NCBI RefSeq assembly: GCF_025526975.1
Contig: NW_026515671.1
Span: forward strand, 992,001-1,056,000
Length of the DNA stretch: 64,000 bases
Direction: 5' to 3'
From: Fimicolochytrium jonesii
Lineage: Eukaryota
The notes below the pieces were generated by a model. It ran no database searches and was not told where the DNA came from. It saw nothing but the letters and a program-made list of their open reading frames with translations. This document shows, piece after piece, positions 23,392 to 36,337 of this stretch; positions within the stretch are counted from its first letter, which is position 1, and every line of letters starts with the position of its first letter. A program made the position numbers and the translations under genes.

Positions 23392-26300
23392 ATGTCCAGC
23401 TTCAGGTCTTCGCCTCTCACGGGGGGCCAAGTCACTCCACCGGTCTCCGCCGCTCCCCTAAGCAGAGGAAACACCAACCCGGACTTGAACAACAACAACA
23501 ACGACGTCTCTACCCCAAACTACGCCAGAAGGCCCTTTGACCCTTTCTACAGTGAGTTTGGGAACGTCACAATGTCTCACCTCTTATATATATATACGGT
23601 ACTTATACCCGGCGCGTCACAGACTACCACTCAGATCGCGCAATGCAGCACGAGGATACAAAGTTCTGGTCGCATAGGATATCAAAGGAGGATGAGGATA
23701 TCATGGGTGGGAATTCCCTGTCGAGACAGTCTTCCGGTGTTTTTCCAAACGTCGCCACCCCGATTGAGGATATGAAGCAGTTTTCCACTCTCAGTTTGGC
23801 GGAACGTTGGGCGGAGTATGCTGGCGCGCCGGTGACCAGTGAGATTGTGGCCCGTTACTCCAAGGCCGAGATCAAAGGTACGGGAGTTGGAGCGGTAGTG
23901 AGTCCGAGCGATAGCAGGAAATGCTTGAGGCAGGCGAGCCTCAGCGAGAGAAGCGAGCGGAGCGAGCAATGTGTCGTTCCATCCATCAGCCATCCTACGC
24001 TGAGGTTCATCCATCAACCATCAATCGTTACTAAATCCTTCTCACTTCCCTAGACGAAGAGCTTGGAGAGGAACTGCAAAACATCTTTGTATCGCTGCAA
24101 AAGTGCCTAGCTATCAGGAAGCGCTACATGATGAGCAGTCTACAATGCGCGGGCGACAACCCCAAGGACACCGAGGATTGGGAGATCTACCCGCCTCCAC
24201 CGGGCCCGAGCTACCCGCCGCAAAAGGACGCGTCTGGAAAGGATATCAGGCCTGGAACACCTATTCCGCATGAGTTTGAGTTTGAAAATGTCAAAATACC
24301 GGGGGCTGACGAGGTGAGGCAACTTTTTGAGGTCTGTTTTGACTTTAAATTGACATGGCCTAAACGGGATACCTTATCTTCCATAGCGCGTGTTCAAACT
24401 CCGAGACGACGGCGTCTTCCAAGTCTACGACACCCCCACAGACGCCTCCCAAAGCAAGAACGGAAAATGCACCTTCCCAACCATCAAAGACTACTTCATG
24501 GACATGGACTTTGTCGTCGAGACAATCTCCGACGGACCGACCAAGAGTTTCGCGTTCAGGCGGTTGAGGTACCTCGAGAGCAAGTTCCATATGTACGTGC
24601 TGCTTAATGAGTATCAGGAGATTGCGGATACGAAGGTATGTGGTGTGCGTGTGATTTATGTTGTTGGGGTATACCTTCTTACTGATATCCCGTAATGGAT
24701 ACTAGCGTGTACCGCATCGTGACTTTTACAACATTCGGAAAGTCGATACCCACGTGCATCACTCCTCCTGCATGAACTCTAAGCACTTGCTGCGGTTCAT
24801 CAAATACAAGCTCAAGAAGTCCCCTGATGTGAGTTTTGGACCATGACCCTTTTGGTTGATTTCGGGGGTTGCGAACGGTAACTCATTCGGAATCTCGTTA
24901 CCAGGACATTGTGATTTACCGTGACAACCAACACCTGACACTCAAGCAAGTCTTCGAGTCCCTGCACTTGACCGCGTACGACCTCAGTATCGACACATTG
25001 GACATGCACGTGAGTGTTTGCGAGTGAGCGGACGCTCGTAGTCGGAGGAAATTTCCCTGACACCACCTCCTCTTTTCAGGCACACAAAGACTCTTTCCAC
25101 CGCTTCGATAAGTTCAACTTGAAGTACAACCCAGTCGGTGAATCCCGCCTGAGGGAGATCTTCATGAAGACGGATAATTTCATCAAGGGACGGTACTTGG
25201 CTGAACTCACCAAGGGTAAGAAAAACACTGCACCACTCGAACTCTTCCCCATGCAAACCGCATTCACCCAACAACCAATAGCTAACAATTGATTCCATTC
25301 CACAGAGGTGTTCTCCGACCTAGAAGCGAGCAAGTACCAAATGGCCGAGTACCGCGTGTCAATCTACGGGCGCTCAAAGGACGAGTGGGACAAGCTAGCC
25401 AAATGGGTCGTCAACCACAAGCTGTTCTCCAACAACGTGCGGTGGTTGGTGCAGATCCCCCGTCTGTACAACGTCTACAAAAAGTCGAAGCTGATCGCTA
25501 CGTTTGAGGATGTCATCCGCAGTAAGCCCCTCCCACAACTCCCGGTCTCCCCTATCCACGCCGCAGAAACACTCACCCCCCACCTTTCGCAGACGTCTTC
25601 GAACCCCTCTTCGAAGTAACCCGTGACCCCACCTCTCACCCCGAACTCCACGTGTTCCTGCAACGCGTGATCGGGTTCGACAGCGTGGACGACGAAAGCA
25701 AAAACGAGCGGCGCACGTACAAAAAGTACCCGTTCCCGCGCAACTGGGATATCAGCATGAACCCGCCGTACTCCTACTATATATATTACATGTATGCGAA
25801 TATGTCGACGTTGAATTGGTGGAGGAAGGAGAGGGGGTTTAGTGAGTATGCTTTGTTCTTGTTGTTTGGGGAGCGAGGGGAGTGGGAGTTCTCATCATTT
25901 TTGGTTTGCGCTCTCTTTTTTTTCTGATGATAGATACGTTTGTGTTGCGACCGCATGCGGGCGAGGCGGGGGATACCGACCACTTGACATCGGCGTTCCT
26001 GACCTCCCACAGTATCAGTCACGGGATCTTGTTGCGTAAAGTGCCTGCGCTGCAATACCTGTAAGTCCTCCCGCACCGCCCCAAATCCCATTCCACCGTC
26101 ACTCATTCAGTCGTTGTCATCGCCAGGTACTACCTCGACCAAATCGGTATCGCCATGTCGCCCCTCTCCAACAATGCGCTCTTCCTCACCTACGAGCGCA
26201 ACCCGTTCCTGCCCTTCTTCCAGCGCGGGTTGAACGTGTCGCTGTCGACGGACGATCCGCTGCAGTTCCATTTTACGAAGGAGCCGTTGATTGAGGAGTA

Positions 26301-27284
26301 TAGTGTTGGGGCTCAGGTGCGTTTGGGGAGGTGAAAAATGAGTGGTGGGGGGAGGGGGGGGGGGGGGGGGGTTCTTGCGGGATGGGTGTGACTGATTGAT
26401 TTTTGTAGATTTGGAAGTTTTCGTCGACGGACATGTGCGAGATTGCGCGAAACAGCTGTCTGCAGAGCGGGTGGGAGATGAAGATCAAGAAACATTGGTT
26501 AGGGGACCGGTGCGATTTCCACGGGCCTGCTGGGAACGGTAAGAGCTTTCACATCATCACCGCCAAAACCCAGGCCCACCAATCACTCACCCGTACTCAC
26601 CTGATTCATCCCCCAGACATCCAAAAAACCAACGTCCCCAACATCCGCCTCGCGTACCGCTACCAAACCCTCATGGAAGAACGCTACATGGTCCTCGGCT
26701 CGCAATGGAAGTCCTCGGACTCGATCATCACCGATTCGGCGCCGTCCACCGAACTGCAGGACACATCCATCGTGCTCAACGAACAGCTCAACGCGGTGGC
26801 CAAGGCGAATTTGAATCTACCTGTCACCCCGTTCGTGCCGGGGAGTCTGGACGGCGCCGATGGGTACTCCCATGGACCGAGGGAGACGGGTCTCCCACCG
26901 CCATCATCCGGCCCGCTGTCGGAATCGTCGGTGCCCGTGAACGTAGCCCGTAAACAATCACTCAACAGCAACCTCTCCCGCTCACCGGGCAAAGGCTCCT
27001 CAAGGGGGGCCCAATTCACATCCGCCCCAGAACCGCTCCTGAATCTCGTGGCCGCCCACAGCCCGTTGATGAGTCCCACGGCGGCGGCGGCGGGGTCGGC
27101 GTCGGGGTTGAATCTGAGTTTGGGGTTGGGGGAGGGGAATCAGGCGTTGGGGCTGCCGGTGATTCCCGTTGGGGAGAATGCGTTCCCCGGGGCGCATCTG
27201 GCGGCGGAGAAGATTAGAGGCAAGAAGAGTGGTGCGAGTGCGAGTGCGAGTGCGAGTGGAGGGGGAGTGCCGCCGTCTTCTTGA
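23392..27284 (+). CDS. AMD1: AMP deaminase, about 14 exons
   Basis: '[17 protein letters not shown]', '[13 protein letters not shown]', '[10 protein letters not shown]', 'LRPHAGEAG', 'ISHGILLRK', '[11 protein letters not shown]', 'CEIARNS'. Confidence 0.96.
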
Positions 27285-27668
27285 ATGGGCTTGTCCCTGC
27301 GTTTATTTCTCTTTTCATCTCTCCGGCGAACTCCTCAAAGGGTTCGTTCGTTCGTTCCGTAGACGGGCGCAAAAAGACGCCCCCCCAGCATCTGAGTACT
27401 TGTACTATGTACCTATTCCTATTTATCTTTTGCCTATCTTCTGCATAATGCTTATCATTCGAGCAATGCCTCGAGCACTCTTTTGGGACAGCGCTTGCTC
27501 GCCGAATAGATTCTTTTCTGTGCTTGGACAAGGCCCAGTCGAAAGGGCGATTGACGCCCGCCCAATGACATCATGCCGTCAATCGACATGGGGCGTTTCT
27601 CTCCACCTTTTTCGCCCCACTTCCACATCCCACTTCGACATTGGGCCTTTGCAGATCATTCGAGCCAT

Positions 27669-29704
27669 ATGCACAGTCACAGGCCTGCTGCCACGATTCG
27701 TTCCCTCACTGCCCGTACTCCTCAGCGTCATCTCTTTTCCGCAAAAGCCCGCACGGGACACCCCCATACACCTACTGTTCAGCCTCCCGCCACGCCCAAG
27801 ATGAGCGCTCCGCATGCCCCCCCACGCCCTGCGCATCCCTCAACCCAAACCTACCGCATAGTCATCGACCCAACCACCGGCGCGCAACACATCGAAACGA
27901 CGCTCCCCGGGCGCGAGATCCTGCTGCATCCCGTGCTCAACAAGGGCACGGCGTTCACGAAAGCGGAGCGCACGCGGCTGGGGCTGGAGCTGCTGCTTCC
28001 GTACGGGGTGGCGACGTTGGCGACGCAGACGCAGCGCGCGTACGGGCAGTTTGCGCACGAGCAGGGTGCGCTGAAGAAGAACGCGTTCATGAACAGCATG
28101 TTGGATCAGAATCAGGTCCTGTTCTACCGGCTGCTGACCGAGCATCTGGAGGAGATGCTCCCGATCGTCTACACCCCCACCGAGGCCGAGGCGATCGAGA
28201 GCTACAGCGAGATGTTCAGGCGTCCGAGGGGTTTGTTTCTCAGCTACCCGGACCGCGAGTGTATCGGCGCGCTTCTGGAGGAAGCCGGGCCCGCGCACGT
28301 CGACATTATTGTCGTCACCGACGGCGCGATGATCTTGGGGATCGGCGACCAGGGAGTCGGCGGGATCTGGATCAGCACGTCGAAACTTGCGCTGTTTACT
28401 GCGTTGGGGGGCGTGCATCCTGCGCGCGTCCTGCCCGTGGTCTTGGATGTTGGGACGGATAATCAGAAGCTGCTGGATGATCCGTTGTACGCCGGGTGGA
28501 GAGAGAAGAGGGTGCGGGGGAAGGAGTATGAGGCGTTTGTGGATACGTTTGTGAAAGCCGCGAGGAAGGTGTTGCCGGGGGCTATGATCCATTGGGAAGA
28601 CTTTGGACGGGATGAGGCGAGGACGTTGTTGCAGAAGTATCGGGATCAGTTCTGCACTTTTAACGATGATATGCAGGGTGGGTTTGGGCGTTGCGTTGCA
28701 TTGCTCTTTTAGCGGCATAGACGCGCCGAGCGGGGATCTCACTTTTTTTTACCTTCCTCCTGCTTACGCTCAGGAACGGGAGTCGTTACCCTTGCGTGCC
28801 TGCTCTCGGCCATGCGGCATCTAAAGACGGAGCTCAAGGACATGCGGATCGTGATAAACGGCGCTGGAACAGCCGGAACAGGCATTGCAGGTGATCAACC
28901 CCCCCACTTCGCACTCAACATTCTCTCCACAATCCCATCTAACAAGAGGGGTCGCGTTCCCACCCCTTCACAGACGCAATCGCCATGTATGACCCCACCC
29001 ACGACCTCGCCTCCGCCCGCGCGCAGATCTACCTCGTCGACAAAGACGGCCTCCTCACAACCGCCTCCCCGTCCCCCACACCCTACCAACAACCCTACCT
29101 CAAACCCCCGCTCGCGTCCAACACCCTCCTGGACGTGATCCGCACGGTCAAACCCCACATCCTCATCGGCGTCTCGACCCACCCAGGCGCCTTCACCGAG
29201 CAGATCGTCAAAGAGATGCACAAACACACGCCTCGGCCCATCATCTTCCCGCTGTCGAACCCGACCCGCCTCGCCGAGGCGCGCGCGGAGGACCTGGTGG
29301 AATGGACCCGTGGTGATGTGCTGACGGCCACGGGGAGCCCGACGGACCCGGTCACGTATGCCGGCGGGACGGTGACGGTCGCGGAGGCCAACAACGCGTT
29401 CGTGTACCCCGGCATCGGGATGGGGTGTATCGTCGCTGGCGCGACGCGGTGCACGGACGCAATGTTGAGGGCGGCTGCGAGGGCGGTGGCGGATGCGGCG
29501 CCGCGGGATGTGCGCGAGGGGTTGATGCCTGGGATTGGGGAGAGTAGGGGGGTGTCGTTTAGGGTTGCGTGTAGGGTTGTGGAGTGTGCGGTGCGGGAGG
29601 GGGTGGCGACGAAGGTGAAGGAGGGGGAGGATGTGGAGGAGTGCGTGAGGAAGGCGGTTTGGAAGCCGGAATATTGTCCCGTTGTTAGGGTTGAGCGGTT
29701 GTAA
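27669..29704 (+). CDS. NAD-dependent malic enzyme (Mae1/MaeA-like), 3 exons; alternative in-frame starts at 27573 and 27801
   Basis: 'LNKGTAFT', 'LPIVYTPT', 'ILGIGDQGVGG', 'FNDDMQ|GTG', 'GAGTAGTGIA', 'IIFPLSNPT', 'NNAFVYPGIG'. Confidence 0.95.
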
Positions 29705-30190
29705 GGGGGTTGAGATTGAGAGGGGGAGGGTTGGTGAGTCTGGTTTGCGTTCGGGATTGGATGGCTCCATCTTGTTCTCTGGAGTTGACGGCGACACCCC
29801 GTACGCGGCGTAGCATTCTGTTGTTAACCTATTCGGAAGCATGCATTTCATTCCATGAGTTTTGTAACACACATCGCGGCGTAGCGACCCTTAATTATCC
29901 TCAGACACCGCCATTACGAACACAGCGAGTTTCCGCCAGACGCATCATATCACAGAATATGCACAAAACGCTTGATGTTTACATATTTACAAAGCCGTAC
30001 AACAAAAACTATGGCACTGACAAAAACTAAAGCACTGATTGGGGGATGACGACGAGGAATGATTGTCCAGGAGGGAGTGTCAAAATCTGATCCCATGTCC
30101 TCCTCGCCGAACGTATTAGTAGTGCGTAAGGGGGGGTGATGCTATGCTATGATACGTGAAGGGATACGCCGACGACCGAACTACGCCGCC

Positions 30191-31938
30191 CTATAATCCC
30201 ATCACCGCGCCCATACCGACCGCAATCACCACACCCACCACCCAACTCCTCCCCACATCTATCCTCCCCGCCCCGGACCCCTTAACAGCAACCCCATACT
30301 TCGCCTGCCCCGCCCAAGCAATCCTCCCATCCAACGGCGCCAGATCCCCTCTGAACGCGGCAGCAACCTTATTTTCCTCCGCATCCGCCGCCGTATTCGC
30401 ACCGAGCGCGCGGAACTCGCGCATGGTGGTTTCCTCCTGCTTGCGGAACTCGAAGAAGCACACGCCGCGCAACTTTGGGTAGAGGGTGAATGCGGTGGAG
30501 TTGAAGATTTGGCGCCACCAGGCTTGTTTGATGGCGACCATGCCGGGGCCGGCGAAGAGCGGTTTCATGGCGGATTCGGGCTCGGAGGGATTCAGGAAGC
30601 CTTCGTGGAAAGTTGCGGCCTGTGGGGGGGAAGAGGGAGGTAGGAGTGTGAGGGAGGTGCGCGATGTGTTATATGGTCTGCAGACGAAGTGGCAGATTCG
30701 CGCGCGCGGACTTACGGTTTCGGCGATGATGAAGGGTTTGCCGCCCTTTGAGACGGGCGCGGTGACGTTCTGACCAGTACCGTTGCCGGAGAACATGGAG
30801 TAGAAGTTGTAGTGGCCTTGAGTGCCCTTGCCGATCAGCATGGCTTCCCACGTTCCCGGTTGTGGCAGGACCTAATACGCGCAAAAAACCGGTGTTAACT
30901 TGACTCGACACCAAACTCCCTTCAAATGCGCTCAAAGGAATTCCAGCAACGTACATTATCAACCCACGGGTACGCCTTTCCATAATGGTACATCGACAGC
31001 CCCACCCAATCCACCCATTCATCTCCCGGGTAGAACGGCGAATACGGGTCATCCCACTCATCGTATTTGCCATCCTTGTTTGTATCCAGCTGCTGCAGGA
31101 CGGCGGGGTTGGACTCTGTGGTGTTGTATCTTCCGCCGAGGAAGGGGTATCCATTGCTTGAGTTGGGCGCCCAGATGAAGGCGACGCGCGTCTTGTCGGT
31201 GATCATGTTGCGGAGCGTGCCGACGAAGTGTTTCCAGCCGGCGACGAAGGCAGCGGGGTGCTGGCCGTAAGCAAACCAGTTGCCTGTGGGGCGAGGGAGC
31301 AGGGGGTCAGTAGATGCGCTACCCGAGGAGCGGCATGGTCCAACAGACGGGAAAGAATGTCCTCACCGTTCATCTCAGGCGCATATCGGATCAAAAACCG
31401 TCGTCCGCGTGCAAGGGCGTTGTTGATATTCGTTCCAAACTCTTTGATATGCTCATCTGTTACTAGGTCCAGTCCATCCATAGGGTAGACCGTGAGGTAT
31501 ATTATCGCTGGAAACGTTAAAGAAAATCAAATGAGTAAGCTGGCCGCGAAGAACATATCGATCAATAAATCTCGCACATACCATCAGTAGCGGTCTTCTC
31601 AATGTCATCAATCAAGCGATCGACGAGCGTCAGGTTGGCAGGGATGTTGAAGTTGCCTTGGAAGAACGATAATGGCTTGTAGTTGAACCGCTGGTTCAGT
31701 GCTGTTGGGCTGTCGGTGCCGCCAATGGAGTCGACCCATGCGCCGCTGAGGAAAGGGAGAACAGGAGCGGGGTTAGCATCTGAGGGCAATACCACGGGTG
31801 ATATGGGCGTTTCGATATTTACAATAAGATCTTATCGGACTGCTCCAGCGGTGCGAAAGTTTGGACCGCGGCAGCGTTCACAGATGCTGCAGTGCATAGC
31901 AAGACCGCCGCGGCGGTCGCAAGGACGGTTGATTTCAT
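30191..31938 (-). CDS. Secreted, probably GPI/membrane-anchored GH26-like glycoside hydrolase (clan GH-A), multi-exon
   Basis: Signal peptide MKSTVLATAAAVLLCTAASVNA; acid/base motif 'IRYAPEMNGNW'; 'WAPN'; 'PFYPGDEWVDWVGLS'; nucleophile motif 'KPFIIAET'; hydrophobic C-terminus. Confidence 0.85.
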
Positions 31939-34068
31939 GGTTTCGCGGTATATTATATTATATAGATCGATGTCGAGAGTCGTCGTTTGCTTTCTCGTCG
32001 TCGCCGTCGTCGGCGTTCTGTCGCTACGATTTGGAGTTGGGTGCAAGGTTGCGGTTTCCCAGGGGTATGTTGACTTACTAGACTAACGAGCGGGGACCGA
32101 GTCTGCAGAGAGCACTTTTAGTAAAAAAGCGGGAGGGGCTCCGAGACGGGCTTCGGAGAGTGTGGCAGCGACTCTGGGCTTGGGGGGTGGCAGGGCTGAT
32201 ACGACGTAATGTTCGTCAAACGTTTGAAAACACAGATCAGAAATCCGCCAAGCAAAACCATAAAAAGAAAGAAGGGGGTGGAAAGACGGTGGCTCAAGAT
32301 CATAGTTGAGCGGTATTGCGAAGGTGACCTGTTGGGGTTCCAGGGACTTCCTGGCGCTGACGGACATTACGGAGTCCGATGTGATATCGATATGCGCGAT
32401 AATGTGGGAAAGTGTGGGAATTACCATATGCCAGCGTATCCATAGCCTCATCCTGTTCGGAGACACCACACAATAGGAAAAAAAGGAGAACGTGGTGGAT
32501 GCGATGCGGGATCTGATGGGAGAAATGCAACCACGGTTCGCGTACGTGTTATTCGAGCCTTGACGTAAGAGGTGATAGTAGGACTTGTTCCCGGTGCTGC
32601 CTTCGCGTCGGGGCTTCTTTCTGCACATGCCTCTTGCGACGCCAACTCCCGGTGGCCCCTTTTGGTCCGCAATCATCATCATCGGGTTCCTGGAGCCTGG
32701 AGGTGACGCTGGCTCCCGTTCGGCGGCGCTGCACCGGCGTATCTCTAGCGGGGTCTCTCCCATATATTGTGCAGTGGTGGCACTCTTGACCGAAGTCATA
32801 GATCCATCATGGGGGGGCGGGCCCGTCGGAGAGTCCCCTCATGGATGGGAGGTTACTGTATACAATCGATTGCCTCCAGATCCGGCATGTACTATCGAGT
32901 CTATCGACACAACAGCAATGGACGTTGTCGATGGACCGAGTCTGGGCCGCTGACAATCCCGAGTCCGAAACTCCTAACGCGAGCATCCCATTCCGAAACG
33001 TATCAATCTGCGCACAGACACCACAATTGCCAACGTATACGTACGTAGCGACGCACATGTCGCGCTTGGGTCTGCGCGGCCGGCCCAACGCATCCGACGC
33101 ATCCAGGTACCAGTAAGGTATCCCATGATCCCCATCGCAGATGCCTGGGGTGAATTTGAACATGATATAGATATGATATCCCGTTAGTTTGGTTGGAAGT
33201 CTCTGAGGTCTCTGTTTCGACATTTTAAACCTTAAATGGCGTTCAGGAGTGATGAGTGGTCCGCTCGGCGCGTTGACGTGTTTCAGACGAAATGACATCA
33301 GCCTGAGATGGGTTGGTTGGATCCGCCCCGTTTCCGAGGATCTGGTTTCCGATCGGTGGCTTAACGCCCGCTCTGCTACGTACCGGAGTCGAGATTTTAG
33401 ACCAAGTTCAATGTTTTGAACTTATTTGAAGCTGGATGTCGAGATAGGGCGTGATGACGGGGTTCGGCTGCAATCGGGAGCACTGGGTCAAGTTCAGCGA
33501 GGATGGCGACGCCGACAGTGCCAGGGGCTGGTTGTGTTTGTATGGCCCCAATGACGCCGAGACCCGACGATGACAAGCGCTTGCGACAAGAAAGGCTTGC
33601 CTTCTGGTCACCGACCTGCCGATGTTCTCGATCTGGAGTGCAACAAGGGCTGGGGAGGGATGATGCATTGTATGATGCGTCCGTGATCCATTCATGTCTC
33701 ATCGTCGTCCCTGGGGCGTGGAGCTTGCTCGGTGGCCCTGTCCTTTCTGGAAACCGCCCTCGTTTTGACCCGCCCTCCACCACCTTCGACAGTTGGCGTT
33801 GGTGGAACATTCGAATCAGATCCTGACCTCATTTCACGATTCCGCTTGAATCCACGTTCCGGCTGATCCAGTCTCCTTCTCCCGCCCATCTCCCAGCTTC
33901 CTTGGCTTTCGAGCGGGTTGCAAGTTGCAAGGATCCGTCGAAAAAAAAGGGAAGTTTTAAACATGCCCTCACTCACACGTGATCAGAAAGCATCGTCGGT
34001 GATTCATATTCTTTTATAAGATGTGCATTCAAGAGCAACACACGAGCATGAGACCGCGCACTCTGTAA

Positions 34069-35120
34069 ATGTGCCAGAAAGTGGTTGGAAAGTGGGTGGG
34101 AATCTGTGTGGGTCCAGCATCTCCCAGAAACGTACCCGCTCAGACAAGGCCGGCCGTTAGCCAATCCACCCTCGTGAATGCGCCCACTCAAACGAGGCCA
34201 GCCGTAACTCCTCCATCCACAATGCCCGCCCCTGTTGAAATACCATTAATACAAAGCTGGAGAAAACACTTGGCCAGAAAACATGAGGAGACCAATGTCA
34301 TTGATCTTACCGTGGCAGAGGAACCTCAACTGTCTTCACCTCGCAAGCGACCACGCCTCGAGAGAGAGGACCACGAAGAAGTCTCTTTCCCCGATTTCGT
34401 CAAACCCACCACCTCCTTTCGACCCCAAGTTCGCACGTGAAGTTATACGACCAAAAGCGCTACCTTTACATACCCTAGCCGTATCGCTCTCTGATCCAGA
34501 GGAGTTGAAGAAGTTTGCCCGCATACGTTGCGAGGGGCCCAAATATCATCAAGACGCTACCTTCTACGCGCAGGTGGAAAGCACTCCCCTCTACGAAAAG
34601 AAACCTCAACAGGCGGAAGGTGTCAGCGCACAGCTTATGGCCCTCATGCGCAAAATTCTTCATCATGGTGTTTGCGATGGAAAAGGTCCTGCCGGAGCTG
34701 AGGGCGCCATTAGAGTCACTCAGGACCTACGGAAGCAGGTCTACATCGATGCGCCCCGAGGGGAACGAACCCGCTTAGTCCGCCGCATCCTTTTCTGGAA
34801 CAACAACGTAGCGGGGGAACGCTGAAGGCCAATCAATAAAAACCCTGATGAGTCCTGGCATCGCACTTTGGCCTTGCTTGTCGACGAGACTTTTCGCGTG
34901 GGGGTTTCTCCTCTACCGGATCCCGGCGGTTACGTATTTTTATGGTATCGGGGACCAAGTTGATCAAGCCGCTCTCGCTTTTGAGATGATCGTCAATAAG
35001 GTCATTCACCTGAGTCATACCTTGAAGGGGCTCCAGGACTTGGGTTTCATGCAAGAACTCGCCAACAACATATCGAACTCGGCAAGGTCGCTAGAGACGA
35101 GATTAATCGAGAATTGGTGA
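34069..35120 (+). pseudogene. Disrupted DUF2786/DUF7168-like gene (frameshifts at ~34410 and ~34910, stop at 34823-34825)
   Basis: 'LMRKILHHG...GAEGAIRVTQDL' followed by 'YFYGIGDQVDQAALAFEMIVNKV...LGFMQEL' resembles the fungal DUF2786-family 'FYGIAENTVAAAMAFEM' segment; split over three frames. Confidence 0.5.
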
Positions 35121-35352
35121 TATAGATAGCGGCTGCATCCCCGATCCCCGACCACAAGGGAGTTGACAGTGACAGGCTGTCGATGCCTTGTGATGAGGTA
35201 AGCGTATGATATGGACGCGTCGTCCATAACAGTTACGCGTTTCCAAATCAGTTGCGGTCTTTCAGGATATCATAAAGACCTCGGGTTCAAAGGTAACTGC
35301 AAAACTCAACAGATCACATATCATAAGCCATCAAGCAACAAGCAGTATCAGT

Positions 35353-36213
35353 ATGGCCCGTATCCTCAACAACAGTGACGACGAACTTCAATTTGTCTTC
35401 TCTGCCCGTCACGGTCTCTTTCCACGATGGGAGAAGACTTGCGTAAAGAAAGACATGCAACTCGGATTTGATGGAGTTACACATGTATTCACCTACAGCA
35501 GCACTCGAAAGGATGTTGTAACTCGCATCTTCGATGCTACCGGGTCCCAACTGTTTACTTTACTTCACACCAACGGCTTCTGGAAAGATCTCCGGGAGAC
35601 AGATTCCTTTCCAGAAATCGACTGCTTTCAGATCCAAATAAGAATCCTACACAACTATATCGTCCCCTTCTATGCGTTGTCGGACCCTCCCACTGGAGTG
35701 GACAGATCCTGCATGGAGATCATCTGGAGACATCTCGCCGAACAGAAGGCAACTATCATGAGCCTTTCTTGTTTCCAGCTACCTGATTTCCTTCCTAGTC
35801 CGGACGATCTCCTCAGACTGACGGAGACTTTACATGATGTCACTCCTATCGTGCAAGCCATGGATATTGTCGCCCCTAAAAGCAGAGAGGTTGCCATGTT
35901 GCGGGCGAACAAGAACAAGGTTGAGGAGAAAATAGATGCCTGGATGCCTTTGGTAAAGCTGTTCAACACACTTGGAGAGGATCTCACGGCCTCGGAGCGA
36001 GCCGATCGACTCCGACTTCTCGTTGATCATTTCGATACGCATAATGAATGGAATGTCCTCGAGCTGGCTACTGAAAATCCAGTCAGCGCGTCTGTTGCCG
36101 TTGATGTTGAAGCCCCTCCGTACGACGCCGAGCCGGCGCAGCACGATCACTCATTGATGCATATGGGTAGAGACGGGCCTGGAAGTATCCAGAGCACATA
36201 CTTGATTAACTGA
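35353..36213 (+). CDS. Orphan intronless hypothetical protein, 286 aa
   Basis: Uninterrupted ATG-TGA ORF with globular-like composition; no recognised motif. Confidence 0.5.
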   Translation: MARILNNSDDELQFVFSARHGLFPRWEKTCVKKDMQLGFDGVTHVFTYSSTRKDVVTRIFDATGSQLFTLLHTNGFWKDLRETDSFPEIDCFQIQIRILHNYIVPFYALSDPPTGVDRSCMEIIWRHLAEQKATIMSLSCFQLPDFLPSPDDLLRLTETLHDVTPIVQAMDIVAPKSREVAMLRANKNKVEEKIDAWMPLVKLFNTLGEDLTASERADRLRLLVDHFDTHNEWNVLELATENPVSASVAVDVEAPPYDAEPAQHDHSLMHMGRDGPGSIQSTYLIN

Positions 36214-36337
36214 CATCCGGATCGATTGGATGGCTGGGATAACGAGATAACCGAATTTTGTTTGTCAAAGAAGTAAGCGCGCTCACCGAAGAGCATAATG
36301 AATATACGTACTACCACTTTACTGGTCGTGTCCATCA

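Noticed and set aside
26345..26372. Homopolymer G/C runs (also ~11261-11290 and ~44284-44301) as functional G-quadruplex elements
   Set aside because: Simple runs in introns/UTR, best seen as extremes of the general C/G block skew; no specific evidence.
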